DNA of 35,613 nucleotides from a virus. Made by a program: the position numbers and the translations under genes. The stretch lies in IMG/VR virus record IMGVR_UViG_3300045988_137392, positions 1 to 35,613 of that record; one strand, 5' to 3'. Under the pieces are notes generated by a model. That model was not told the origin of the DNA and searched no databases. It was given only the letters and a program-made list of their open reading frames with translations. Each line of letters begins with the position of its first letter. Positions within the stretch are counted from its first letter, which is position 1. Below, piece by piece: positions 16,600 to 24,217 of the stretch.

Positions 16600-17385
16600 A
16601 TCTCTTTTCTTTGCTCTTTTCATATATTCCTTAAGCCAAACGTATTTTTCTCTTACTCCCGGATTCTTTTCAGTTGCAAGTTCATCAGATATTTTTTTAT
16701 TAAATTTATCAATTAAGTTTGAAAATCCTTTCTTTTGTTCCTCGGTTTCGGCATTGGCTTTTCCCTGATGCATAAGGAAGAATAAGTAATCAACAAAATT
16801 GAAATAATCATTTTTATCTACTTCTATCGCTGTTGAAAGAATATTGAAATCTCTGTTGAAATTTTCTACTAAATAATCTTCTAAAAGTTCCGTAGTAAAA
16901 ATAACACGTGGGAATTTTGCATTTTGACTTTCAAGTAAATATGCATCATTCAACGCAGGACCATATACTTTGTTTTCAAATGCAAAAAAATCTCCTTTGG
17001 ATATTCCACCCCTGAATAGAACGCCATAGTCTTTGAAGCACTTAATTATCAATGAGCATATAACAAATACCAGTACATCTAATGAGCATTTCCTATCACT
17101 TGGAACTGATATAACAACACTGTCTGAAATAAGATTTAAAGTTATCTCCTCAAAAACACTATCCAGATATTCTTTAGTTATCCTGGAAGTTTCCGACACA
17201 TCATCAATATAAAATTTACAGCTATTCACGCATTCTTCCATAAGGTTAAATATATCAGAACATTCACTTGTCTTAATAAGCTCCTTAAAACCCAGAATAT
17301 CTAAAAAAGCGACATAACAATCACGATACTCAATCTTTTTTGCTTTATTTGCAGAATCTACAATCTCATTTAATTTGTCAACCAT
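16558..17385 (-). CDS. Class III nucleotidyl cyclase / palm-domain-like protein with uncharacterised helical C-terminal region (275 aa)
   Basis: ATG 17385 lies 8 nt after AGGAG. Ordered motifs: YVAFLDILGFKELI, LNLISDSVVISVP, VLFRGGISKGDFF, VYGPALNDAYLLES. The track ORF start at 17538 is rejected because it overlaps immA and has no SD. Confidence 0.55.
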   Translation of the reverse strand: MVDKLNEIVDSANKAKKIEYRDCYVAFLDILGFKELIKTSECSDIFNLMEECVNSCKFYIDDVSETSRITKEYLDSVFEEITLNLISDSVVISVPSDRKCSLDVLVFVICSLIIKCFKDYGVLFRGGISKGDFFAFENKVYGPALNDAYLLESQNAKFPRVIFTTELLEDYLVENFNRDFNILSTAIEVDKNDYFNFVDYLFFLMHQGKANAETEEQKKGFSNLIDKFNKKISDELATEKNPGVREKYVWLKEYMKRAKKRDSEHTAFTHNGVTL

Positions 17386-17410
17386 ATTTTCATCTCCTGA
17401 ACATTTCCTC

Positions 17411-17448
17411 TCTCCCCGTCTGCCATCGAATGGGGAGATTTTTATTTT
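17411..17448 (+). terminator. Intrinsic terminator oriented on the plus strand, inside the minus-strand operon
   Basis: TCTCCCC(17411-17417)/GGGGAGA(17432-17438) followed by TTTTTATTTT. On the minus strand the hairpin has no U-tract. Confidence 0.55.
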
Positions 17449-17492
17449 AAAAAGGTAGATTAATTGTATTGACCCCATCCCCGCCTTACATT

Positions 17493-18095
17493 TTATCCCG
17501 TGATAGTATAAGCAGCTCCAAAATTGTTCATATAGCACTCCATAGCCTCGCTGTATTTGTACAGTAACTCGTCTTCTCGGTATGATTGCCGGATAAATTT
17601 CTTATTTAGGGTGTCAATGCGCTTATTAGCAGCTGTAAATGACAGCCCGAATAAGTCATGAATATTATCCCACATTATCGGTATCTTCTTAGCCATATTT
17701 CGTATAATGCTTTCAGGAGCCAATAATTCTGCTGCAAACCAATGTGCTTCTACTTCTTGACTTGTACCATCCGTATCGTGTCCTAAATAAATGTGACCAA
17801 TCTCATGCGCAAGTGTCCAATTCAAATGCTCATAACTAGAAAAATCAGCGTTATATAATACAAGATAAAGGTCATCACATATAATCGTATACCCATCCTC
17901 TAAAGACTTATCTGGTTCAAGCTGTTTTACATTTATACCTGTTATTGATGCATAATTTTGGTATGTATCAATAACTATAGGCATATCGAACTCCATTGTT
18001 CTTACGTCAAGATTAAGATCATCGTAACTTTGAAAAAGTCTTAAATCACGAGCTTTTATCTCAGCTATATCAAAATTAGGTCTATCAATGTCCAT
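17493..18095 (-). CDS. immA: ImmA/IrrE-family zinc metallopeptidase (anti-repressor protease)
   Basis: 200 aa. HEIGHIYLGH followed by EVEAHWFAAELLAP (the HExxH...E...A..FA..LL.P signature). TAATG overlap with the repressor gene. Confidence 0.8.
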   Translation of the reverse strand: MDIDRPNFDIAEIKARDLRLFQSYDDLNLDVRTMEFDMPIVIDTYQNYASITGINVKQLEPDKSLEDGYTIICDDLYLVLYNADFSSYEHLNWTLAHEIGHIYLGHDTDGTSQEVEAHWFAAELLAPESIIRNMAKKIPIMWDNIHDLFGLSFTAANKRIDTLNKKFIRQSYREDELLYKYSEAMECYMNNFGAAYTITG

Positions 18096-18793
18096 TAGTT
18101 CTCCTTTTTGTCCAACCCAATCGCTTTTCTGTACATATTAATTGTGCTATTTATTGTCTTTATTAGATCATCCCGCTTATCGCTTGGTATCTCTTCAAGA
18201 TGCCGAGCGACTATTTTTATATCTTCATCAGCATAGGCCTCTTTCATCGCCTCATTTTCAGCAGCGTATTTCATTCTTTCCCATGTTCGAACATCATCGT
18301 GATACTGATCAGGAACTAATTCTGAGTATTGATTATTATCAAAAAGAACTTGTGATACATTTGTACCTAAAAAATCACACAAAACTTCCGCTTGATTGTA
18401 TGACAATGGCAGAGTCCCATCTTCACATTCGCTATATTGTTCGGGCAAAACCCCTATTTTAGCAGCCATTTCTTCTATCGAAACGCCCTGTTCTTCCCTT
18501 ATGCCCTTGAGCAGCTCAGCAAATTCAAATGGGGGCTCAAAGAAAGGCATATAATGCCCCCACCCACTATAGTATTCTCCAATTTCATTATTATTTCTCA
18601 ACTGGGATTTTCCAGTCAGCCAATCAACGGATACATTAAAATAATCAGCTATTTTTTGCAAGGTAGCCGTTTTGGGTGTGGCACGCCCATTTTTCCAATC
18701 GGAGAGCGTAGTTTGCGTTACTCCCGTTTCCTTCGACACCCTATATGGGGTGATATTATTTTCTTGTAACAACTGCACAAAACGTTCGTACAT
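18095..18793 (-). CDS. Phage repressor with two XRE-type HTH domains (ImmR/CI-like)
   Basis: N-terminal HTH ITPYRVSKETGVTQTTLSDWKNGRATP. A second HTH-like segment sits around LLKGIREEQGVSIEEMAAKIGVLPEQYSECEDG. ATG 18793 lies 7 nt after AAAGGTG (ATG 18799 is an alternative). Divergent from cro. Confidence 0.75.
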   Translation of the reverse strand: MYERFVQLLQENNITPYRVSKETGVTQTTLSDWKNGRATPKTATLQKIADYFNVSVDWLTGKSQLRNNNEIGEYYSGWGHYMPFFEPPFEFAELLKGIREEQGVSIEEMAAKIGVLPEQYSECEDGTLPLSYNQAEVLCDFLGTNVSQVLFDNNQYSELVPDQYHDDVRTWERMKYAAENEAMKEAYADEDIKIVARHLEEIPSDKRDDLIKTINSTINMYRKAIGLDKKEN

Positions 18794-18848
18794 AATCATA
18801 CACCTTTCACAAAAAACACAATAATCGTAAAATCTTTAGCATTTTCTA

Positions 18849-18877
18849 TTGACTACTCGTAAAAAGTGTAGTATTAT
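18849..18877 (+). promoter_or_regulatory. Early rightward promoter (cro operon)
   Basis: TTGACT(18849-18854), 17-nt spacer, TATTAT(18872-18877). The spacer contains TCGTAAAA. Confidence 0.5.
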
Positions 18878-18902
18878 ATACTTGTAAGAAGCTGAGTAGC
18901 AA
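18873..18902 (-). promoter_or_regulatory. Candidate repressor promoter, with -10 overlapping the rightward -10
   Basis: Minus strand: TTGCTA(18897-18902), 18-nt spacer, TATAAT(18873-18878). Confidence 0.35.
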
Positions 18903-19003
18903 AGAATTTACGCTTAGGCTATACACGATTAGTTAGGATAGTCATAGTATATCACCTTTGCGTAGTATTTGCAATAGTTTTTACTAGTAAAGGAGGTAGA
19001 AAA

Positions 19004-19198
19004 ATGTATAAAAAATTTGTTGAACTTTTACAAAACAGGGGAGTAACCCCCTATCAGGTTTCAAAAGCAACAGGTATTGCGCAGTCTACATTATCCGACT
19101 GGAAGACAGGCAGAGCCAAGCCTAAAGCCGATAAGCTGTTGAAACTTGCCGAGTATTTCGGGGTTACGGTCGATTATTTTTTGAAGGAGGAAAACTAA
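19004..19198 (+). CDS. Cro-like XRE-family HTH regulator
   Basis: 64 aa, SD AAGGAGG. MYKKFVELLQNRGVTPYQVSKATGIAQSTLSDWKTGRAKP closely parallels the N-terminus of the repressor. Confidence 0.8.
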   Translation: MYKKFVELLQNRGVTPYQVSKATGIAQSTLSDWKTGRAKPKADKLLKLAEYFGVTVDYFLKEEN

Positions 19199-19974
19199 TG
19201 AACGAACTTAAAATTTTTGAAAGCCCTGACTTTGGAAAGGTCAGAACAATGGAAATTGACGGCGAGCCTTATTTCGTTGGTAAAGATGTAGCGGAAATAC
19301 TTGGGTATAAGGATACATCGGATGCGATGAAAAGACATGTAGACAATGAGGATAAGCTGACAAGGTGTTTCACCGACTCAGGTCAGAACCGTGAAATGTA
19401 CATAATCAACGAAAGCGGACTTTACAGCCTTATCCTCTCCAGCAAGCTCCCGAAAGCAAAAGAGTTTAAACGCTGGGTTACATCAGAAGTGCTTCCAAGT
19501 ATCAGAAAACACGGTGCTTATGCAGTTGATGAGTTAATCAATGACCCCGAACTTGCTATCAAGGCATTTACAGCTTTGAAAGAAGAACGCTTGAAAAATA
19601 AGAAGCTTGAAACCACTGTTGCAGTTCAGACCCAACAGATAGCCGAGCTTCAGCCCAAAGCAAGCTATTATGATGTGGTTCTCAACTGCAAGGATCTGAT
19701 ATCCACAACTGAGATAGCCAAGGACTATGGAAAATCGGCGGTGTGGCTCAATGCTCATCTGCATGAAAGGAAAGTACAGTTCAAGCAGGGCGGCATATGG
19801 CTCTTGTATGCCAAGTATGCCGAAAAGGGTTACACCAATACCAAGACCCAGACGTACAACGGTAATGACGGTAATCCCCACACTAAAGTGCATACCTATT
19901 GGACGCAGAAAGGCAGGCTGTTCATTTACGATCTGCTCAAATCTGAGGGGATTACCCCACTTATCGAGCAATAA
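19198..19974 (+). CDS. Antirepressor (BRO-N domain plus KilA-C/ANT domain)
   Basis: FESPDFGKVRTMEIDGEPYFVGKDVAEILGY is BRO-N-like. The C-terminal ISTTEIAKDYGKSAVWLNAHLHERKVQFKQGGIWLLYAKY is KilAC-like. Confidence 0.8.
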   Translation: MNELKIFESPDFGKVRTMEIDGEPYFVGKDVAEILGYKDTSDAMKRHVDNEDKLTRCFTDSGQNREMYIINESGLYSLILSSKLPKAKEFKRWVTSEVLPSIRKHGAYAVDELINDPELAIKAFTALKEERLKNKKLETTVAVQTQQIAELQPKASYYDVVLNCKDLISTTEIAKDYGKSAVWLNAHLHERKVQFKQGGIWLLYAKYAEKGYTNTKTQTYNGNDGNPHTKVHTYWTQKGRLFIYDLLKSEGITPLIEQ

Positions 19975-20037
19975 ACCTATTTCCAATATAACACATTATC
20001 TGTCCCGAAATCAGGACAGGAAGGAGATGAGGAGAAG

Positions 20038-20292
20038 TTGCCATACAGAACCGTTAAACCCGCTTATCCGGCACTGGAAGTAGAAATTGCCTGCAGGCAA
20101 ATAAAGAAGAAAGACATAGCGAAAGCAGTTGGGATCAGCGCTGACTACCTGAGCAAAAAACTGACGGGGCGTTCAGGCTTCACACTTGATGAAGCTCTTG
20201 CAATACATGAAAAATACTTTTCAGATGTTCCGGTACAGGTACTGTTCAAAAAAAGCGGCGAAGTACATTCGCACTCCGCCAAAGAAAACTAA
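20038..20292 (+). CDS. Small HTH DNA-binding protein (84 aa)
   Basis: TTG start after GAGGAG. IKKKDIAKAVGISADYLSKKLTGRSGFTLDEA looks like an HTH. Confidence 0.5.
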   Translation: MPYRTVKPAYPALEVEIACRQIKKKDIAKAVGISADYLSKKLTGRSGFTLDEALAIHEKYFSDVPVQVLFKKSGEVHSHSAKEN

Positions 20293-20304
20293 ATTTTGCC
20301 AAGC

Positions 20305-20451
20305 TTACTTCTTGCTGCTCTTAGAAGATGTCTTGGTCTGAGAAAGAGCGCTTCCGGCAACTGACTTAGAAGTCTTGCTGTATCGACCATCTCTAAGAAT
20401 AGTCGATGCTTTTGAAGCGACAGACGCACTTGTCTGCTTAGTGTTTGACAT
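20305..20451 (-). CDS. Small basic Ser/Thr/Lys-rich protein (48 aa), opposite strand to its neighbours
   Basis: Too short for the ORF track. Minus-strand GGGAGGAATGTTC-ATG. Translation: MSNTKQTSASVASKASTILRDGRYSKTSKSVAGSALSQTKTSSKSSKK. It has its own consensus promoter. Confidence 0.55.
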   Translation of the reverse strand: MSNTKQTSASVASKASTILRDGRYSKTSKSVAGSALSQTKTSSKSSKK

Positions 20452-20485
20452 GAACATTCCTCCCTTCATATTAGTTTATAGCTTA

Positions 20486-20514
20486 ATTATACTACATATA
20501 GTAATTATTGTCAA
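20486..20514 (-). promoter_or_regulatory. Perfect consensus promoter for the 48-aa gene
   Basis: Minus strand: TTGACA(20509-20514), 17-nt spacer, TATAAT(20486-20491). Confidence 0.6.
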
Positions 20515-20622
20515 TAAAATAGCTATATATGGTATTTGCGAAAAACTTTGGGAGTTGTTTGTCAACCTGCACAATTTATAAAATATTAACACGTCTAAAT
20601 ATTATAAGAAGGAGAAATAAAT

Positions 20623-20787
20623 ATGAATGAAACCACAAAGCCCATCATCAGAGAAATGATGTCCGAAAGCGGACGCAGGATCATACTCGTGAACGAGCCA
20701 AGCCCTGAGATTATGGCAAAATGCCTCAAGCGTATCATCGACAAGAAGCTGCTCGAAGCGGCTAAGGAAAAGGCAGGTGTAAAGTAA
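20623..20787 (+). CDS. Hypothetical protein (54 aa)
   Basis: Too short for the ORF track. ATG 20623 lies after AAGAAGGAG. Translation: MNETTKPIIREMMSESGRRIILVNEPSPEIMAKCLKRIIDKKLLEAAKEKAGVK. Confidence 0.5.
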   Translation: MNETTKPIIREMMSESGRRIILVNEPSPEIMAKCLKRIIDKKLLEAAKEKAGVK

Positions 20788-20969
20788 TGAGCACATACAA
20801 CGTATATGTCCACCTCAGGTTCAAGGGCGGCTCATTCAACGATGTGTACAGCGTATCGGCTGGGTCAAGAGAAGCTGCCGAAGCTAAGGCAAAGGACAGG
20901 ATTTTCGCTGAAAACAGTCTTGACGATCTGGTCGAGGCGGTTATCACAGATGTTTGCAGGGAGGTGTAA
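20787..20969 (+). CDS. Hypothetical protein (60 aa)
   Basis: TAATG overlap with the upstream ORF. Confidence 0.5.
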   Translation: MSTYNVYVHLRFKGGSFNDVYSVSAGSREAAEAKAKDRIFAENSLDDLVEAVITDVCREV

Positions 20970-20971
20970 AA

Positions 20972-21124
20972 ATGAAATGGTATATCCTTAGATACGCCTA
21001 TGAGGGCAGGAAGTACAGCTGCCGCATACAGGCGCACAGCTTTGAGGGTGCATCTGAATGTGCAAGGAAGTATGTAGGTGCTTCGCAGATACTGTCTATC
21101 ACCGAGTGCCCCATACAGAGGTGA
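20972..21124 (+). CDS. Hypothetical protein (50 aa)
   Basis: ATG 20972 follows GGGAGGTG. Translation: MKWYILRYAYEGRKYSCRIQAHSFEGASECARKYVGASQILSITECPIQR. Confidence 0.4.
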   Translation: MKWYILRYAYEGRKYSCRIQAHSFEGASECARKYVGASQILSITECPIQR

Positions 21125-21128
21125 TAAT

Positions 21129-21896
21129 ATGCGGATAGCTATTGATGCGCCTGCGGTGCGGTCGCTGTCGGCGAATGAGAAGATGGTTTATCAGATGCTG
21201 AAAGAGGGCAAAACCCCGAGAGAAATTGCTAAGAAGCTTCACCTTGCTCTCGGAGATGTGACAGATCTGAAATACAATAGCCACGATGTAATGCCCGATA
21301 CGGTCGTTAATCTGATAACATCTATTCGTGAAAAAGGGTGGGACATTCCCACGGATAACAAGGAGGATAATGAAATGGCAAGGAAAAGCAGATTTGATGC
21401 TGAGGAAAAGCGCAGCATCGTTACAGAATATCGTTCGGGTGCTACTATGGCGCAGATAGCCCAAAAGCATGATACGGTCAAGAGCACTGTGTACAGCATT
21501 GTGCGTGACTACAAAGAGCACGGAGATGCTGCATTTGCACCTATCACCGATGAAGAGCTTGAAAGAGCTTACGGCAATGATACCCCATGCTATGAGGTCA
21601 CAGGTGATACCGACATGGGGGCGTATATGGCTGACAGGATAAAGGAAGAGCCTGAAACGGCGGCAACCGAATCAGGCTCTGAGCAGGAAAATATACCTAA
21701 CATTCCTGCTGATATTGTAACACCTTCCGAGGAAAATGTCAAGAACACGCCTGCTATTCCGCAGTCGGTAAAGGAAGCATGCTGGGAACGAATCGCAAAC
21801 CTCAAGGAGCAGATTGCCGCTGAACAGTCCGTCATTGATGACTGGACAAGACAGGTTGAAGAGATTGAGGCTTTTCTTGACCTGAATAAGGAATAA
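21129..21896 (+). CDS. DNA-binding protein with two HTH-like segments and an acidic C-terminus (255 aa)
   Basis: ATG 21129 follows AGAGGTG. SANEKMVYQMLKEGKTPREIAKKL is LuxR/sigma-r4-like. RSIVTEYRSGATMAQIAQKHDTVKSTVYSIVRDY is transposase-type HTH-like. Confidence 0.55.
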   Translation: MRIAIDAPAVRSLSANEKMVYQMLKEGKTPREIAKKLHLALGDVTDLKYNSHDVMPDTVVNLITSIREKGWDIPTDNKEDNEMARKSRFDAEEKRSIVTEYRSGATMAQIAQKHDTVKSTVYSIVRDYKEHGDAAFAPITDEELERAYGNDTPCYEVTGDTDMGAYMADRIKEEPETAATESGSEQENIPNIPADIVTPSEENVKNTPAIPQSVKEACWERIANLKEQIAAEQSVIDDWTRQVEEIEAFLDLNKE

Positions 21897-21920
21897 GGCA
21901 TTTAGGAGGATTTGTCAAGT

Positions 21921-22094
21921 ATGGAAATCACTATTGAACAGCTTGCGGAATATATCCGCAAAGCGTCGATGTATGACGCTATTATCAATTACACAAAAGC
22001 GTCGAAGTATTTCAGCCGTGAAGATATTCTGGCGTTTGCGGGCGAGCCTGACACCGCAGAAAAGGCGGAGGACATCACAGATGGAGATTTCTGA
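21921..22094 (+). CDS. Hypothetical protein (57 aa)
   Basis: ATG 21921 lies 9 nt after AGGAGGA. Confidence 0.45.
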   Translation: MEITIEQLAEYIRKASMYDAIINYTKASKYFSREDILAFAGEPDTAEKAEDITDGDF

Positions 22095-22209
22095 TTTTCT
22101 GTGCAACAGCCGTGCCTTTCAACGCTGCGAGGACAGATATCTGAACGATGCAGAGCATGACGGTGATGAGGACGATAACACCGAAGAGGAGGAAGAGGAC
22201 GATGGCTGA
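22081..22209 (+). CDS. Hypothetical small acidic protein (42 aa)
   Basis: ATG 22081 lies 8 nt after GGAGGA. The C-terminus is DGDEDDNTEEEEEDDG. Confidence 0.35.
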   Translation: MEISDFLCNSRAFQRCEDRYLNDAEHDGDEDDNTEEEEEDDG

Positions 22210-22438
22210 TTTTTCAAGCGGCGTAAGCGGATACGTGAACTGCACCGCTACGATATCTGTAGCGTTCCCGATAGATAACAGAGGCAACGCCGATGTGTGC
22301 TGCTTCCAGTGCCCGTATTACAGCCATTCAAGCCGCATTTGCCAGCTCAACAAGGCTGTGCCTGCGTATCCGTCAAAGTACATCGGGCAGGAATGCCCGT
22401 TCTGGGAAAGTTTGAGTGGAGGTGATGATAATGGCTAA
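22202..22438 (+). CDS. Hypothetical Cys-rich protein (78 aa)
   Basis: ATG 22202 lies 9 nt after AGGAGG. Six Cys including CCFQCPYY. Confidence 0.45.
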   Translation: MADFSSGVSGYVNCTATISVAFPIDNRGNADVCCFQCPYYSHSSRICQLNKAVPAYPSKYIGQECPFWESLSGGDDNG

Positions 22439-23078
22439 GGTAATTTGCATTATGGGGGAAAGCGGCAGCGGAAAGACCACAAGCTGCCGTAATCTTGACC
22501 CAAATACTACATATTACATTGACGCTGACCGCAAAGGGTTGTCATGGAAGGGCTGGAGGAAGCAGTATAACGCTGAGAATAAGAATTACCTGTGCATTGA
22601 TGATCCTGCTAAAATAACGGCTTACATTCTGGCAATCGCCGAAAAGTGCCCCAAAGTAAAGACGATTGTTGTTGACACAATAAACAACATCATGAACGGC
22701 GATGAACAGCGCAGGCGCAAGGAAAAAGGTTATGATAAATGGGCTGATCTTGCCGGAAGCATATGGGAAATGGTCGATATGGCTTATCCTCTGAGGGACG
22801 ACCTGACCATATTGTTTATAGCTCACACGCAGACAGAACGTGACGAAAGCGGCTTTGAGTTTACTCATATCAAGACCAATGGCAAAAAGCTTGAAAAAAT
22901 CGTCCTTGAAAGCAAGCTCACAACAGTTCTGCTGGCTAAGTGCAATAATGGCGAGTATGTTTTCGAGACCCACAGCAATCACAGCACCGCCAAATCCCCT
23001 ATGGGACTGTTTGAAGAGGATACCATACCGAATGACATTACAACGGTCATCAAGGCACTGGAAGAATACGAAAACTAA
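22431..23078 (+). CDS. Sak4-like RecA-fold ATPase (AAA_24)
   Basis: Walker A IMGESGSGKTT, Walker B-like VVDTINN. Followed by a DUF669-like gene, which is the usual pairing. Confidence 0.7.
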   Translation: MAKVICIMGESGSGKTTSCRNLDPNTTYYIDADRKGLSWKGWRKQYNAENKNYLCIDDPAKITAYILAIAEKCPKVKTIVVDTINNIMNGDEQRRRKEKGYDKWADLAGSIWEMVDMAYPLRDDLTILFIAHTQTERDESGFEFTHIKTNGKKLEKIVLESKLTTVLLAKCNNGEYVFETHSNHSTAKSPMGLFEEDTIPNDITTVIKALEEYEN

Positions 23079-23093
23079 AGGAGAAATCAAACT

Positions 23094-23696
23094 ATGAGAC
23101 CATTTAACAACTACGAAACCACACAGACCATTTCAGCAAGAGAGCAGCTTCCGGTAGGTGTATATATCTGCCGTATTCTCAAGGCTGAGGAAAAGGTATA
23201 TACATCTTCTAAAGGCGAATGGCACAAGCTGGAAATCAGCTTTGATATTATCGAGGGCGATCACAAGGATTTCTATGCTGCCGATTACAGATCTCAGAGC
23301 GGTGAGGACAAGAAGTGGAAGGGCGTTCTGCGCATGAATATCCCTTCTGATGACGGCTCTGAGGCTGACAGCTGGGCGAAGAGGTCGTTTAAGACCAATA
23401 TCCTTGCCATTGAAGAAAGTAACAGCGGATATCATTGGGACTGGAACGAAGCGCAGCTTAAGGGCAAGACAGTGGGCATAGTTTTCCGTTCTGAAGAATG
23501 GGATTACAACAACAGGCACGGCTGGAGGACAGCTCCTTTTAAATTTGTCTCTGTAGCTGATGCAAAGTCAGGCAATGTCAAGATACCCGAGCCTAAGCCG
23601 CTTAATGGCAGCAAGTCTGTACCTCAGGCATCGGCATCATCTGCCCCTGATCTGTCGGATTTTACAGAAGTGGCATCGTCTGAACTTCCATTCTGA
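23094..23696 (+). CDS. DUF669-family protein (putative single-strand DNA-binding partner of Sak4)
   Basis: 200 aa. Conserved position after the AAA_24 ATPase. N-terminal pattern LPVGVYICRILKAEE...WKGVLRMNIP. Confidence 0.55.
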   Translation: MRPFNNYETTQTISAREQLPVGVYICRILKAEEKVYTSSKGEWHKLEISFDIIEGDHKDFYAADYRSQSGEDKKWKGVLRMNIPSDDGSEADSWAKRSFKTNILAIEESNSGYHWDWNEAQLKGKTVGIVFRSEEWDYNNRHGWRTAPFKFVSVADAKSGNVKIPEPKPLNGSKSVPQASASSAPDLSDFTEVASSELPF

Positions 23697-23698
23697 TC

Positions 23699-24217
23699 AT
23701 GAACCCTGTGGATATAAAAACAGTGCTGGAAAAGGCTGTCTTGCTTGTAGATACCCGTGAGCAAGACACGCCTGCACTGCACAGGAGGCTTGAGCTGATA
23801 GGGCTGCCGCACAAACGTGAGAAACTGTTCAGCGGCGATTATTCTATAGCCTCAGATATAGACGGCATGGAGATAACGCTGAGCAATACAGCGGCTGTAG
23901 AGCGCAAAATGAGCCTTGATGAACTTGCTATGTGCTTTGGTACGGAACGCAAGAGATTTGTCAGAGAATTTGAGAGAGCCAAGGAAATCGGCATGCGTAT
24001 ATATATGCTTGTAGAGAATGCAAGCTATGAAAATTTATATAATCACAAATACCGTTCCATGCTCTCTCCTAATGCGTTTGTAGCTTCGCTGTTCGCCTGG
24101 ATGACACGTTATGACTGCCGTGTAATATTCTGCAAAGAGGAGACCGCTCCTAAGGTAATACACGATATTTTATACCGTGAACTTAAAGAAAGGCTCGAAA
24201 GAGGTGATTTCGGGTGA
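23699..24217 (+). CDS. ERCC4/Mus81-type nuclease (putative junction resolvase)
   Basis: VDTREQ, GDYSIA and VERK motifs in order. Confidence 0.6.
   Translation: MNPVDIKTVLEKAVLLVDTREQDTPALHRRLELIGLPHKREKLFSGDYSIASDIDGMEITLSNTAAVERKMSLDELAMCFGTERKRFVREFERAKEIGMRIYMLVENASYENLYNHKYRSMLSPNAFVASLFAWMTRYDCRVIFCKEETAPKVIHDILYRELKERLERGDFG

Noticed and set aside
17386-17538. N-terminal 51-codon extension of the cyclase-like ORF (track start at 17538)
   Set aside because: It would overlap the 3' end of immA by 46 bp and would read through a hairpin. It has no SD, whereas ATG 17385 has AGGAG at ideal spacing.
20000-20019. Hairpin CTGTCC/GGACAG between the antirepressor gene and the next gene
   Set aside because: The stem is only 6 bp and no U-tract follows. 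It sits against the next SD, so at most it is a weak mRNA structure. It was not called a terminator.
20375-20581. 68-aa plus-strand ORF in the AT-rich spacer
   Set aside because: It overlaps the better-supported minus-strand 48-aa gene and its promoter. It has no SD and is an AT-driven hydrophobic translation.
22202-22438. Cys-rich 78-aa protein (CCFQCPYY...) as a possible metal-cluster or novel regulator
   Set aside because: The Cys spacing matches no motif I can name. Small Cys-rich proteins are common in phage early regions, and there is nothing to test beyond a generic annotation.
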